NCBI RefSeq assembly: GCF_028641065.1
Contig: NW_026576883.1
Coordinates: forward strand, 1 to 64,000
DNA from: Leucoraja erinacea
Taxonomy: Eukaryota
Direction: 5' to 3'
DNA: 64,000 nt
Shown here: in pieces, positions 48,701 through 61,324 of the stretch
Position numbering within the stretch: position 1 is the first letter of the stretch
Layout of the letters: each line of letters starts with the position of its first letter
Translations under genes and position numbers: made by a program
Notes under the pieces: model-generated
The model's input: only the letters and a program-made list of their open reading frames with translations
Database searches by the model: none
Told to the model about the DNA's origin: nothing

Positions 48701-51700
48701 TGGATAGCAGTAACAGGATCGGTCCAAGTCAGCATGGATTTACGAAGGGGAAATCATGCTTGACTAATCTTCTGGAATTTTTTGAGGATGTAACTAGGAA
48801 AATGGACAAGGGAGAGCTAGTGGGTGTAGTGTACCTGGACTTTCATAAAGTATTTGATAAGGCCCCACATAGGAGATTAGTGGGCAAAATGAGAGCACAT
48901 GGTATTGGGGTTAGGGTACTGCCATGGATAGTAAATTGGTTGGTAGACAGGAAACAAAGAGTATGGATTAACGGGTCCCTTTCAGAATGGCAGGCAGTGA
49001 CTAGTGGGGTACCGCAAGGCTCGGCGCTGGGACCAGCAGTGACTAGTGGGGTACCGCAGGGCTCAATGCTGGGACCGCAGCTATTTACAATATACATTAA
49101 TGATTTTGATGAAGGGATTCAAAGTAACATTAGCAAATGTGCAGATAACATAAAGCTGGGTGACAGTATGAACTGTGAGGAGGATGCTATGAGGATGCAG
49201 GGTGACTTGGACAGATTAGGTGTGTGGGCAGATGCATGGCAGATGCAGTTTAATGAGGATAAATGTGAGGTTATCCACTTAGGTGGCAAAAACAGGGAGG
49301 CAGATTATCTGAATGGTGTCAAATTGGGAAAAAGGGAAGTACAAAGAGATCTGGGAGGGTCCTTGTTCATCAGTCACTGAAAGTGAGCATACAGGTCCAG
49401 CAGGCAGTGAAGAAAGCTAATGGCATGTTTGCCTTCAAATTTGAGTATAGGAGCAAAGAGGTCCTTCTGCAGTTGTTCAGAGCCCTAGTGAGACCACACC
49501 TGGAGTATTGTGTGCAGTTTTAGTCCCCAAATTTGAGGAAGGGCATTCTTGCTATTGAGGGAGTGTAGTGTAGGTTCCGAGGTTCACAAGGTTAATTCCG
49601 GGGATGGCGGGACTGTCATATATTGATAGAATGGAGCAGCTGGGCTTGTATAGTCTGGAATTTAGGATGGAAGGGGATCTTATTGAAACATATAGGATTA
49701 TTAAGGAATTTGACACGCTAGAGGCAGGAAACACGTTCCTGATGTCCGGGGAATCCAGAACCAGGGGCCACAGTTCAAGAATAAGGGGCAGGCCATTTAG
49801 AACGTAGATGAGGAAAAAAAATTTCACTCAGAGAGTTGTGCATCTATAGAATGATCTGTCTCAGAAGGCAGTGTTGGCCAATTCTCTGGATGCTTTCAAG
49901 AGAGAGTTAGATAGAGCTCTTAAAGATAGCTGAGTCAGGGGATATGGGGAGAAGGCAGGAACGGGATACGGATTGTGGTTGACCAGCCATGATCATATTA
50001 AATGCCGGTGCTGGCTCGAAGGGCAGAATGAACTACTCCTGCACCTTTTGTCTATTATTGTAAGATGTCAGAGATAACGGGATGGAACATTTCAAGATCA
50101 GCGGTGGATTTAAATGGGTGGGGGGTTGGAAATATTATCACTATTTGTGGGGAGACCAAAAATAAAAACTGAAATGTATGATGGCCATTACTAAATTCCA
50201 CAAGAAATTCAGTAAACAAAACGTGGAAATCACGGGGTGGCCTCAAGATAATATTACAGATAAATGTAAGTTGAAATGGGACAAAAGAGGATTCCTGGAA
50301 TTTGGGGCATTATTGTTGGATGTGGTGAGTAGATGGAACAGACGGAACATTGACCCAGTACTGAATTACTGGTAAATGCAGCATTTATTTCAGAAATTGA
50401 ACCCACCATTTTGTGCACTTTTACTTTACCAAAGTGTAGTGTAACCCCTTACCTTAAGAAATATCGCGCTGTCCTTGTGGTTTGCCTGTTCCTGTAACTT
50501 TGAGAGTTCCACCTGAATGGAATTTAAATTCTCTTGTATCTCTTGAAGATTTTTCTCCATTGTTTTTACAATCTTCTCCTCTTCTTCCCGGACATTCCCG
50601 AGTAAGCGCTGCTCTTTCTCAGTGAGAATCTGGTGCAGCTCTGCAAACTGGGATGTGAGCAGTGACTGAAGTTTGTGTGACTCTTCCTGTCAGATGAGAA
50701 TCAATATATTATGTAACTCGAGTGAAATACGCCATTCGGCCCAACATGTCCATGCTGGGCTCTGTACGTATCTACACTAATCCCATTTACATGTATTTAA
50801 TCCATAGCTTTCATTACCGTGGCAATTTAAGTACTCGTCTTGATAATTATGAAATATTATGTGAAAGTAACGCACAATCAAATAATTCCCATTTCCCCAG
50901 TATAATTCCCTGCAGCCTATTCCATTTCATGTGTCCATTAACCCTCAGTGGACAGAACCAGGTCATCAGAAGTAGCAGACACCAGCACCACTTAGAATGA
51001 CAGACTTCACAGAGTCAAACAGCAAGGGATGTTAGATACCAACCAAAACGCCCATCTGCGCTATTTCCACTTATCCACATTTGGCCAAGACAGTTCTCAA
51101 ACTTTTATCTCCATAAATTTGTTTGAATATCTTTTAAATGTTGTTATGGTATCTGACTCAACTACCTTATCTGGCAACTTGTTCCATGTACCCACGACCA
51201 AAGTTGTCCTTCATGTTCGTTTTAAATCTTTTCCCTCTCACCTAAAACCTATAGGGGGGGTTGCATGTAAGGTCACTGGGTCATAGGGCTTGACGCACGG
51301 AGCCGCTCAATCCATCTGGAGGACATCCGTAACTTCCGGTATATGTTATTAATGCTAGAAACGCGTACTTTCCTACCTGTTAAAAACTGCCAAAATGTTG
51401 ACTTTTTGCGCTGAAAAAAATTGTGGGAGTCGGGGTAAGTGTGAGAGACATGTACCCAACTTCAGTTGTACAGGGTCTTGGTGAGACCACACCTGGAGTA
51501 TTGCGTACAGTTTTGGTCTCCAAATCTGAGGAAGGACATTACTGCCATAGAGGGAGTGCAGAGAAGGTTCACCAGACTGATTCCTGGGATGTCAGGACTG
51601 TCTTATGAAGAAAGACTGGATAGACTTGGTTTATACTCTCTAGAATTTAGGAGATTGAGAGGGGATCTTATAGACAATTACAAAATTCTTAAGGGGTTGG

Positions 51701-53575
51701 ACAGGCTAGATGCAGGAAGATTGTTCCCGATGTTAGGGAAGTCCAGGACAAGGGGTCACAGCTTAAGGATAAGGGGGAAATCCTTTAAAAAACCGAGATG
51801 AGAAGAACTTTTTTCACACAGAGAGAGTGGTGAATCTCTGGAACTCTCTGCCACAGAAGGTAGTTGAGGCCAGTTCATTGGCTATATTTAAGAGGGAGTT
51901 AGATGTGGCCCTTGTGGCTAAGGGGATCAGAGGGTATGGAGAGAAGGCAGGTACGGGATACTGAGTTGGATGATCAGCCATCAGTCATGTTGAATGGCGG
52001 TGCAGGCTCGAAAGGCCGAATGGCCTCTACTCCTGCACCTAATTTCTATGTTTCTATGTTTCAGAATTTCAAACGTGAAGCGAAATGAAGGTATAGAGAA
52101 GCGAGAACTGAAGGGACTACAGCAGCTAAAGTGCTTAGTAAACATTGAAAATATTGGGAATTATAGCGTTTGCTCACTGCATTTCATCAAGTAAGGCATT
52201 ATTTGTGTTTTTTCTTGATACCTTTGGTATCTAAAAAGTCTCAGAAGTGATAAATCTGGCTGTAAATTTTTCTTCAGATGCGTTTGCATTTTGTATGTAC
52301 GAGAACCATGGGCGATTTAAAAACATTACAGCCAGATTTATCACTTCTGAAACATTTTAGATGCCAAAGGAATCAAGAAAAAACACAAAATATGCCTTTG
52401 TTGATGAAATGCAGTGAGCAAACGGCAAATGTTCGCCAAGCACTCTGGCTGTTGTTGTCCCTTCAGCTCTTGCTTCTATCTACTGTCATTTCTCCTCACT
52501 TTTGGAATTCTGAAGTAGGCTAAATGTCCCTCACGCTTATCCCCATTTCCATAATTATTTACAGCGCAAAAATTGACAATTTCAGCGGGTTTTAACGGGC
52601 CCGCTACGCTGGAAACAATGGTAAGTGCCTACCTGCAGTTCATCGCGTGTACTCCACTTGGCGTAGCGTAGCAACAGCACGGGTCATGGGTCATGACCCG
52701 ACTGCCGTGAAACCTCCCTATACCCCCACATTCTCGACCCCCCTACTGAGGGTAAAAGACTGACCATCCAATGTATCATTTTGTTTCATGATATTATACA
52801 CGTGCCACAGACCATTTTTCAGGCTGCTGCGCTCCAGGGAGTAAAATCCTTGGCTGCTCAACCTCTCCCAACAGTTCTGGCCCTCAACTACTGAGCTCTA
52901 TAGAGGTGCCAAACTATTGCACACATCACAGGGATGAAATCTACACAAAAACATTAAATCGACAGTACAAAGCCTCACCTGAACTCCAGAAATGCTCTCT
53001 TTCTGTTTCTGCTCCATTTTCTGGATCTCTGATTCCTTTTCTGTGAGAGATTCGAATGAAGATTTCACCTGTTCCTGGGGTTGGGTTTCAGATCAGAGAA
53101 TAAAAATGTCAGGCAATGAAGAAAAGATTAGACAATGATGTGATCAAAAGTGATTTGGTTTTACCTTGTAGAATTCAATTGCTTCTTCTATCAACATTAA
53201 GCTGTGAGACTCGTGTTCCCCCGCAGTTGCACAATTCAAACAGATCAGTTTCTTGTCAGTTTTACAAAACACCTTCAGTTCTTCCTGATGTTCCTCGCAC
53301 TGAAGTTTACTTTTCTTCGCGTTGAGATTCAGGCTCAGTGTTCGAGCTTTCTCAGACAGTCTAACCAGGGCCCGATTCACCCTGGGGGTGCGGTTTGCAG
53401 ATTCCTCTCTACATTCCGGGCAGGAGTTTCTCCCCTCCCTGTCCCAACTCTGTGTGATGCAGGAGCGGCAGAAGTTGTGCCCACAATCCAGCGCCACCGG
53501 ATCGGTGAAGAAATCCTTGCAGATGGGACAAACTACCTCCTCGGTCCAACTCTCGACCTGGCGTTTCGAAGCCAT
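45726..53575 (-). CDS. TRIM gene C (RING-B-box-coiled-coil-B30.2), 471 aa, intact. Exons: 53575-53165, 53074-52979, 50686-50453, 47729-47707, 47608-47490, 46258-45726
   Basis: RING, B-box and PRY-SPRY motifs; exon sizes 411/96/234/23/119/533; canonical GT-AG; open frame. Confidence 0.92.
46354..46760 (-). mobile_element. CR1 3' fragment in TRIM C intron 5
   Basis: CR1 ORF2 C-terminus and (TTCTATGT)n tail. Confidence 0.88.
47975..50060 (+). mobile_element. Long decayed CR1 (APE endonuclease plus RT, internal deletion near 48500) in TRIM C intron 3
   Basis: [45 protein letters not shown] motifs; absent from the homologous introns of A and D. Confidence 0.92.
51254..52718. mobile_element. Palindromic non-autonomous DNA transposon in TRIM C intron 2, with a nested CR1 (about 51466-52059)
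   Basis: Termini GGGGGGGTTGCATG and CGTGAAACCTCCC, TATA duplicated on both flanks, long internal inverted repeat at 52166-52425; empty site in A and D; the CR1 is flanked by TTCAG. Confidence 0.8.
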
Positions 53576-54436
53576 TTTATTATCTCCCGCACTTCCTGGT
53601 TCAATGTGTTTTCACTCCACGTGTAGTTGCAGAACGCTTGCAGTACCGCGTGTGTCCACTGCGCTCGCTGCAGTCCCGGGCAGTGAATGTTATTTGGCTG
53701 CAAGTGTTCAGTGTTCAATGCCCTGTCCAACCAAAGATCTTATAGCGGAGCAAGATAGGCTACTCCTGCGAAATGCAATGGGCTGACGTGTAGTAGCTAC
53801 GGAGCGGATTCTGGGCATTTTCACCGCCCATTTTAGTAACCGGAACCTACCCGACCCGACTCGCAGGGTAATCAACGTTGCGGGGGAACAGTTTTTGTGC
53901 GTGATATAGGGTTAGATTCATAATTCTGTCAGTTCATAATTCTGTTAATTCTTGTTAAAGAATAAAATGTTTATAAATTTTGCCGCTGGTAATTTGCTTT
54001 TTTCATTTTTTAAAAATCATTTCTTTTTAAATAGCTCGTATCAATCAATCAACCTTTATTGTTCAAGAAGGAACTGCAGATGCTGGAAGATCGAAGGTAC
54101 ATAAAAATGCTGGAGAAACTCAGCGGGTGCAGCAGCATCTATGGAGCGAAGGAAATAGGCGCGTTTCGGGCCGAAACCCTTCTTCAGACTGACCTTCAGA
54201 AATCAACCTTTATTGTCATCTTGCAAGCAACAGTTGTACAGTGCAAAATGAAAAGACGTTTCCCAGGGAATACCGGAGTGTCGCACATGAAATTTAAAAC
54301 ATTTCACACATAATAACACTATGCTGTGTTTGAGTTGATTTTGTATTCCATTAGCACTCTGTAATTCATTCATCTAATCACACTAATGTAATCACACTGT
54401 CCACAACTGCAGTATTTGGGAAAATAATAGCAATAT

Positions 54437-54832
54437 GAAACATAGAAACATAGAAATTAGGTGCAGGAGTAGGCCATTCGGCCCTTCGAGCCTGCACCGC
54501 CATTCAATATGATCATGGCTGATCGTCCAACTCAGTATCCCATCCCTGCCTTCTCTCCATACCCCGTGATCCCTTTAGCCACAAGGGCCACATCTAACTC
54601 CCTCTTAAATATAGCCAATGAACTGGCCTCAACTATGTTCTGCGGCAGAGAATTCCACAGATTCACCACTCTGTGTGAAAAATGTTTTCCTCATCTCGGT
54701 CCTAAAAGATTTCCCCCTTATCCTTAAACTATGACCCCTTGTTCTGGACTTCCCAACATCGGGAACCATCTTCCTGCATCTAGCCTGTCCAACCCCTTAA
54801 GAATTTTGTAAGTTTCTATAAGATCCCCCTCA
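54437..54832 (-). mobile_element. CR1 3' fragment
   Basis: CR1 tail and ORF2 C-terminus. Confidence 0.88.
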
Positions 54833-55099
54833 ATATATATCAATGATATAGATGTATATAACCATGCAACACACACAATTATATTTCTTCTCATTTTTAT
54901 GTCCAATGATGAACTTTATTTCAGACTAGACAAGGGACATTAAATAATAAACCTTGTAAACCTCCCCGCAACTTCACTCTGGTGTCTTGGCCATGCTGAT
55001 CTGGTCCAGGCTCCCCGCATGCTGTGGAAGGAGCAAGGGCATCTTTTCGCTTTTATTGTGATTTATTTGTCTTTTCTTACCGTTCCTCCTTAACGGGGG

Positions 55100-56177
55100 T
55101 CTACAGACCCCGCATTCGCTGTGATGGCATTTCAGTCTCAGCCACAGAGGCCGACGTCAGGAAATCCTTCAGAGGGATGAACCCCCGAAAAGCACCTGGT
55201 CCTGATGGTATACCCGGTCGTGTTCTAAAAACCTGTGCTGACCAACTGGCGGGAGTTTTTACGGACATTTTCAACCTGAGGTCTGAGGTCCCCACCTGCT
55301 TTAAGAGGGCATCAATTATACCGGTGCCCAAGAAGAGTAAGGTGACGTGCCTCAATGACTATCGACCAGTGGCACTAACGCCGGTGGAGATGAAGTGCTT
55401 TGAGAGGCTGATCATAGAGCAAATCAACTCCTACCCCGACAAAAACCTGGACCCACTGCAGTTCGCTTACCGCCACAACAGATCAACGGTGGATGCGATC
55501 TCGCTGGCCCTCCACTCAGCACTGGACCACTTGGACAACAAAAACTCATATGTCAGGCTGTTATCCATCGATTACAGCTTGGCATTCAACACAAACATCC
55601 CCTCCAAACTGGCTACCAAACTCGCAGAACTGGGTCTCTGCGCATCCCTCTGCAACTGGATCCTCGACTTCTTCATCCACAGACTACAGACTGTTCGTAT
55701 TGGTGGAAATGTGTCAGCCTCGATAACAATCAGCACGGGAGCACCTCAAGGCTGCGTGCTCAGCCCCCTGCTGTACTCACTCTATAGTCATGACTGCGTA
55801 GCCAGTCACAGTGCGAACTCCATCATCAAGTTCGCTGACGACACCACTGTTGTGGGGCGTATCACTGATGGGGATGAGTCAGAATACAGAAGAGAGATCG
55901 AGCAACTTTTCATATGGTGCCAGCGCAATAACCTAGCCCTCAACACCAGCAAAACCAAGGAACTGATTGTGGACTTTGGAAGGAGTAGGAGGGGGACCCA
56001 TAGCCCCATTTATATCAACGGGTCAAAGATTGAAAGGGTCAAGAACTTCAAATTCCTGGGCGTGCACATCTCTGAAGATCTTTCCTGGTCCGAGAACACT
56101 AACGCAACTATCAAAAAAGCTCATTAGCGCCTCTACTTCCTGAGAAGACTACGGAGAGTCGGTTTGTCAAGGAAGAC
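55100..56177 (+). mobile_element. Rex1/Babar-like LINE reverse transcriptase fragment
   Basis: KAPGPDGIPGRVLKTCADQLAGVFTDIFN, NDYRPVALT, DPLQFAYR, TGAPQGCVLSPLLYSLY, KFADDT; stop at 56125-27; truncated at both ends. Confidence 0.85.
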
Positions 56178-56991
56178 TTGCTCGCCTTTCACCCCACAAG
56201 CCAGCAAATACAACACATAATCCTCCGCCATTTCCGCCACCTCCAACGTGACCCCACCACTCGCCACATCTTCCCATCTCTCCCCATGTCTGCCTTCCGC
56301 AAAGACCGCTCCCTCCGCAACTCCCTTGTCAATTCTTCCCTTCCCTTCCCTCCCGCACCACCCCCTCCCCGGGCACTTTCCGTTGCAACCGCAAGAAATG
56401 CAACACCTGTCCCTTCACCTCCCCCCTCGACTCCATTCAAGGACCCAAGCAATCGTTCCAGGTGCGACAAAGGTTCACCTGCATCTCCTCCAACCTCATC
56501 TACTGCATCCTCTGCTCTAGGTGTCAGCTGATTTACATCGGTGAGACTAAGCGTAGGTTGGGCGATCGTTTCGCGGAACACCTCCGCTCAGTCCGCAATC
56601 ACCAACCTGACCTCCCGGTGGCTCAGCACTTCAACTCCCCCTCCCATTCCCAATCCGACCTCTCTGTCCTGGGTCTCCTCCATTGCCAGAGTGAGCAACA
56701 GCGGAAATTGGAGGAACAGCACCTCATATTCCGCATGGGGACCTTGCGTCCGGATGGCATTAACATTGAATTCTCCCAATTTTGCTAGCCCTTACTGCCT
56801 CCTCCCCTTCCTTAACCCTTGAGCTGTCTCCGCCCGCCCTCGGGCTCCTCCTCCTCCCCTTTTCCTTCCTTCTCCCCCCCCACCCCCCATCAGTCTGAAG
56901 AAGGGTCTCGGCCCGAAACGTTGCCTATTTCCTTCGCTCCATAGATGCTGCTGCACCCGCTGAGTTTCTCCAGCAATTTTGTGTACCTTCG
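56178..56991 (+). mobile_element. Penelope-like element 3' end: GIY-YIG endonuclease plus hammerhead-containing tail
   Basis: NLIYCILCSRCQLIYIGETKRRLGDRFAEH...EEQHLIFRMGTLRPDGINIEF, followed by CTGAAGAAGGGTCTCGGCCCGAAACGTT. Confidence 0.85.
56895..56922 (+). ncRNA. Minimal type I hammerhead ribozyme-like motif in a Penelope tail
   Basis: CTGAAGA-A-GGGT(CTCG)GCCC-GAAAC-GTT. Confidence 0.6.
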
Positions 56992-59813
56992 TAATGTGGA
57001 TGAGTTGAATGTGCAGATAGCTATTAATGACTGTGATATAGTTGGGATCACAGAGACATGGCTCCAGGGTGACCAAGGCTGGGAGCTGAACATCCAGGGA
57101 TATTCAATATTCAGGAGGGATACAGAAAGGAAAAGGAGGTGGGGTAGCGTTACTGGTTAGAGAGGAGATTAACAAAATGGAAAGGAAGGACATTAGTTTG
57201 GAGGATGTGGAATCGGTATGGGTAGAGCTGCGAAACACTAAGGGGCAGAAAGAGCTGGTGGGTGTTGTGTACAGGCCACCTAACAGTAGTAGTGAAGTTG
57301 GAGATGGTATCAAACAGGAAATTAGAAATGCGTGCGACAAAGGCAAAACAGTTATAATGGGTGACTTCAATCTACATATAGATTGGGTGAATCAAAATGG
57401 CAGGGGTGCTGAGGAAGAGGATTTCTTGGAATGTATGCGGGATAGTTATTTAAATCAACATGTAGAGGAGCAGGCTATTTTAGACTGGGTATTGAGTAAT
57501 GAGGAAGGGTTAGTTAGCAGTCTTGTTGTACGTACCGCCTTGGGTATATGGTTGAGTCCTTCATTAGGATGGAGAGTGACATTGTTAATTCAGAAACAAT
57601 GGTTCTGAACTTAAAGAAAGGTAACTTTGAGGGTATGAGATGTGAATTGGCCAAGATTGACTGGCAATTAATTCTAAAAGGGTTGACGGTGGATATGCAA
57701 TGGAAGACATTTAAAGACTGTATGGATGAACTACAAAAATTGTTCATCCCAGTTTGGCAAAAGAATAAATCAGGGAAGGTAGTACATCTGTGGATAACAA
57801 GGGAAATCAGGGATAGTATCAAAGCGAAGGATGATGCGTACAAATTAGCCATAAAAAGCAGCATACTGCGAGAAATTCAGAGACCAGCAGAGGAGGACAA
57901 AGGGCTTAATTAGGAAAGGAAAAATAGATTATGAAAGGAAACTGGCAGGGAACATAAAAACTGACTGCAAACGTTTTTATAGATATGTGAAAAGAAAGAG
58001 ATTAGTTACAACAAATGTAGGTCCCTTGCAGTCAGAAACAGGTGAGTTGAACATGGGGAACAAGGATATGGCGGACCAATTGAATAACTACTTTGGTTCC
58101 GTCTTCACTAAGGAAGACATAAACAATCTGCCGGAAATAGCAGGGGACCGCGGGTCAAAGGAGTTGGATGAATTGAGTGAAATCCAGGTTAGCCGGGAAG
58201 TGGTGTTGGGTAAATTGAATGGATTAAAGGCCGATAAATCCCCAGGGCCAGATAGGCTGCATCCCAGAGTACTTAAGGAAGTAGCTCCAGAAATAGTGGA
58301 TGCATTAGTAATCATCTTTCAAAACTCTTTAGATTCTGGAGTAGTTCCTGAGGATTGGATTTACAAAAGTAACCCCAATTTTTAAGAATGGAGGGACGAG
58401 AAAATCTTAATTACAGACCAGTTAGTCTAACATCGGTAGTGGGGACACTGCTAGATTCAGTTATTAACGATGGGATAGCAGCACATTTGGAAAGTGGTGA
58501 AATCATTGGACAAAGTCAGCATGGCTTTACAAAAGGTAAATCATGTCTGACGAATCTTATGGATTTTTCGAGGATGTAACTAGTAGCGTGGATAGGGGAG
58601 AACCAGTGGATGTGGTGTATCTGGACTTCCAGAAGGCTTTCGACAAGGTCCCACATAAGAGATTAGTATACAAACTTAAAGCACACGGCAGTGGGGGTTC
58701 AGTATTGATGTGGATAGAGAACTGGCTGGCAAACAGGAAGCAAAGAGTAGGAGTAAACGGGTCCTTTTCACAATGGCAGGCAGTGACTAGTGGGGTACCG
58801 CAAGGCTCAGTGCTGGGACCCCAGCTATTTACAATATATATTAATGATCTGGATGAGGGATTTGAAGGCAATATCTCCAAGTTTGCAGATGACACTAAGC
58901 TGGGGGGCAGTGTTAGCTGTGAGGAGGATGCTAGGAGACTGCAAGGTGACTTGGATAGGCTGGGTGAGTGGGCAAATGTTTGGCAGATGCAGTATAATGT
59001 GGATAAATGTGAGGTTGTCCATTTTGGTGGCAAAAACAGGAAAGCAGACTATTATCTAAATGGTGGCCGACTAGGAAAAGGAGAGATGCAGCGAGACCTG
59101 GGTGTCATGGTACACCAGTCATTGAAAGTAGGTATGCAGGTGCAGCAGGCAGTGAAGTAAGCGAATGGTATGTTAGCTTTCATAGCAAAAGGATTTGAGT
59201 ATAGGAGCAGGGAGTTTCTACTGCAGTTGCACAGGGTCTTGGCGAGACCACACCTGGAGTATTGCGTACAGTTTTGTCTCCAAATCTGAGGAAAGCCACT
59301 CTTTCCACAGCGGGAGTACAGAGAAGGTTTCACCAGACTGATTCCTGGGATGTCAGGACTGTCTTATGAAGAAAGACTGGATAGACTTGGTTTATACTCT
59401 CTAGAATTTAGGAGATTGAGAGGGGATCTTATAGAAACTTACAAAATTCTTAAGGGGTTGGACAGGCTAGATGCAGGAAGATTGTTCCCGATGTTGGGGA
59501 AGTCCAGGACAAGGGGTCACAGCTTAAGGATAAGGGGGAAATCCTTTAAAACCGAGATGAGAAGAACTTTTTTCACACAGAGAGTGGTGCATCTCTGGAA
59601 CTCTCTGCCACAGAGTGTAGTCGAGGCCAGTTCATTGGCTATATTTAAGAGGCAGTTAGATGTGGCCCTTGTGGCTAAGGGGATCAGAGGGTATGGAGAG
59701 AAGGCAGGTACTGGATACTGAGTTGGATGATCAGCCATGATCATATTGAATGGTGGTGCAGGCTCGAAGGGCCGAATGGCCTACTCCTGCACCTATTTTC
59801 TATGTTTCTATGT
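56992..59813 (+). mobile_element. Near full-length CR1 ORF2 (APE plus RT) with frameshifts and stops
   Basis: GITETWL, VVYRPPN, MGDFN, KSPGPD, YLDFQKAFDKVPH, SGVPQGSVLGP, KFADDTKL; (TTCTATGT)n tail. Confidence 0.95.
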
Positions 59814-60461
59814 TTATACAAGCCTGAAGTGAGACGAAAGCAAAGAGATTGCCCTGAGATTGTCTAAGGCAGGGCAGAAAGGAACAGGGACCAGCGCTAT
59901 GGAGGTGTAACTGAGGAGGCGTTGCTCCCGTTGGCCAGTGGAACCCAAAGATCCTAGAGGATCCTAGATCCTAGATCTTTTGTTGGAACCCGCCGCCCGC
60001 AAACATTTAGACACCTGTCTTTCATGGTTGACGCGGCACTGTAGTGAACTGAACTGAACTTCCTGATATGTAGATACACAAAAAAGCTGGAGAAACTCAG
60101 CGGGTGCAGCAGCATCTATGGAGCGAAGGAAATAGGCAACGTTTCGGCCCGAAACGTCGCCTATTTCCTTCGCTCCATAGATGTTGCTGTACCCGCTGAG
60201 TTTCTCCAGCTATTTTCTGTACCTTCGATTTTCCAGCATCTGCAGTTCCTTCTTTAAAACTTCCTGATATGTAGCTCGGTTTTAAAATCTATTTGTGAAT
60301 GTTCCTGTTTGTAAATTGGCTCCTGCATTTCTGACCATTAGTGGCTGCAGTTTATTATTTTAAGTCAGTAAAGCACTTTGGGACACTTTCCACTCGATCT
60401 CTGAGCTCTGGTTGGATGCGGCCAGGACACCTTCACGCTGAACGCTTGCAGCCATAGAACA

Positions 60462-60725
60462 TTCAATTCAATTCAATTTCTATTTTAAAAAACATCATTG
60501 GCATGATAAAATACATGGTTATATTGCCAAAGTATAAAACATGACATACATATTTAAAATGCATAAGTATAAATACAAGTCTACAGTGCATGGATAGATA
60601 TGTCCCTGTACATAAACTTGCCTATTGATTGCTACACGTTCTTACAGCTGTAAGCAGTACAATTTTTCACAACAGCAAGTTTAGCAATTCAATATTAATT
60701 TCTTAGTGTCAGTTAATGTCAATCA
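60462..60725 (-). mobile_element. 3' UTR copy of the RTE-X-like LINE
   Basis: Reverse complement of about 6565-6830. Confidence 0.75.
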
Positions 60726-61324
60726 ACTATCGCTCCATAGATGCTGCTGCACCCGCTGAGTTTCTCCNNNNNNNNNNNNNNNNNNNNNNNNNNNNNNNNN
60801 NNNNNNNNNNNNNNNNNNNNNNNNNNNNNNNNNNNNNNNNNNNNNNNNNNNNNNNNNNNNNNNNNNNNNNNNNNNNNNNNNNNNNNNNNNNNNNNNNNNN
60901 NNNNNNNNNNNNNNNNNNNNNNNNNNNNNNNNNNNNNNNNNNNNNNNNNNNNNNNNNNNNNNNNNNNNNNNNNNNNNNNNNNNNNNNNNNNNNNNNNNNN
61001 NNNNNNNNNNNNNNNNNNNNNNNNNNNNNNNNNNNNNNNNNNNNNNNNNNNNNNNNNNNNNNNNNNNNNNNNNNNNNNNNNNNNNNNNNNNNNNNNNNNN
61101 NNNNNNNNNNNNNNNNNNNNNNNNNNNNNNNNNNNNNNNNNNNNNNNNNNNNNNNNNNNNNNNNNNNNCAGCTGCAGGTGTACAGACCTATAGCCCATTA
61201 TTCATTGCCCGGGATTGCAGTGGGCGCTCGAGGTACTGCAAGGATTCAGCAACTCTTGTGGCCAAAGATGATATTTTTGCTTTGTTGCGGGACTCATTTT
61301 GAACCTCGCAGTCCCGGAGTTAAA

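Noticed and set aside
55024-56127. Active or domesticated reverse transcriptase gene
   Set aside because: No endonuclease, degenerate motifs, premature stop, truncated by a Penelope fragment
60716-61324. N-terminal extension of TRIM D
   Set aside because: The ORF spans a gap; homology to paralogs begins at ATG 61325
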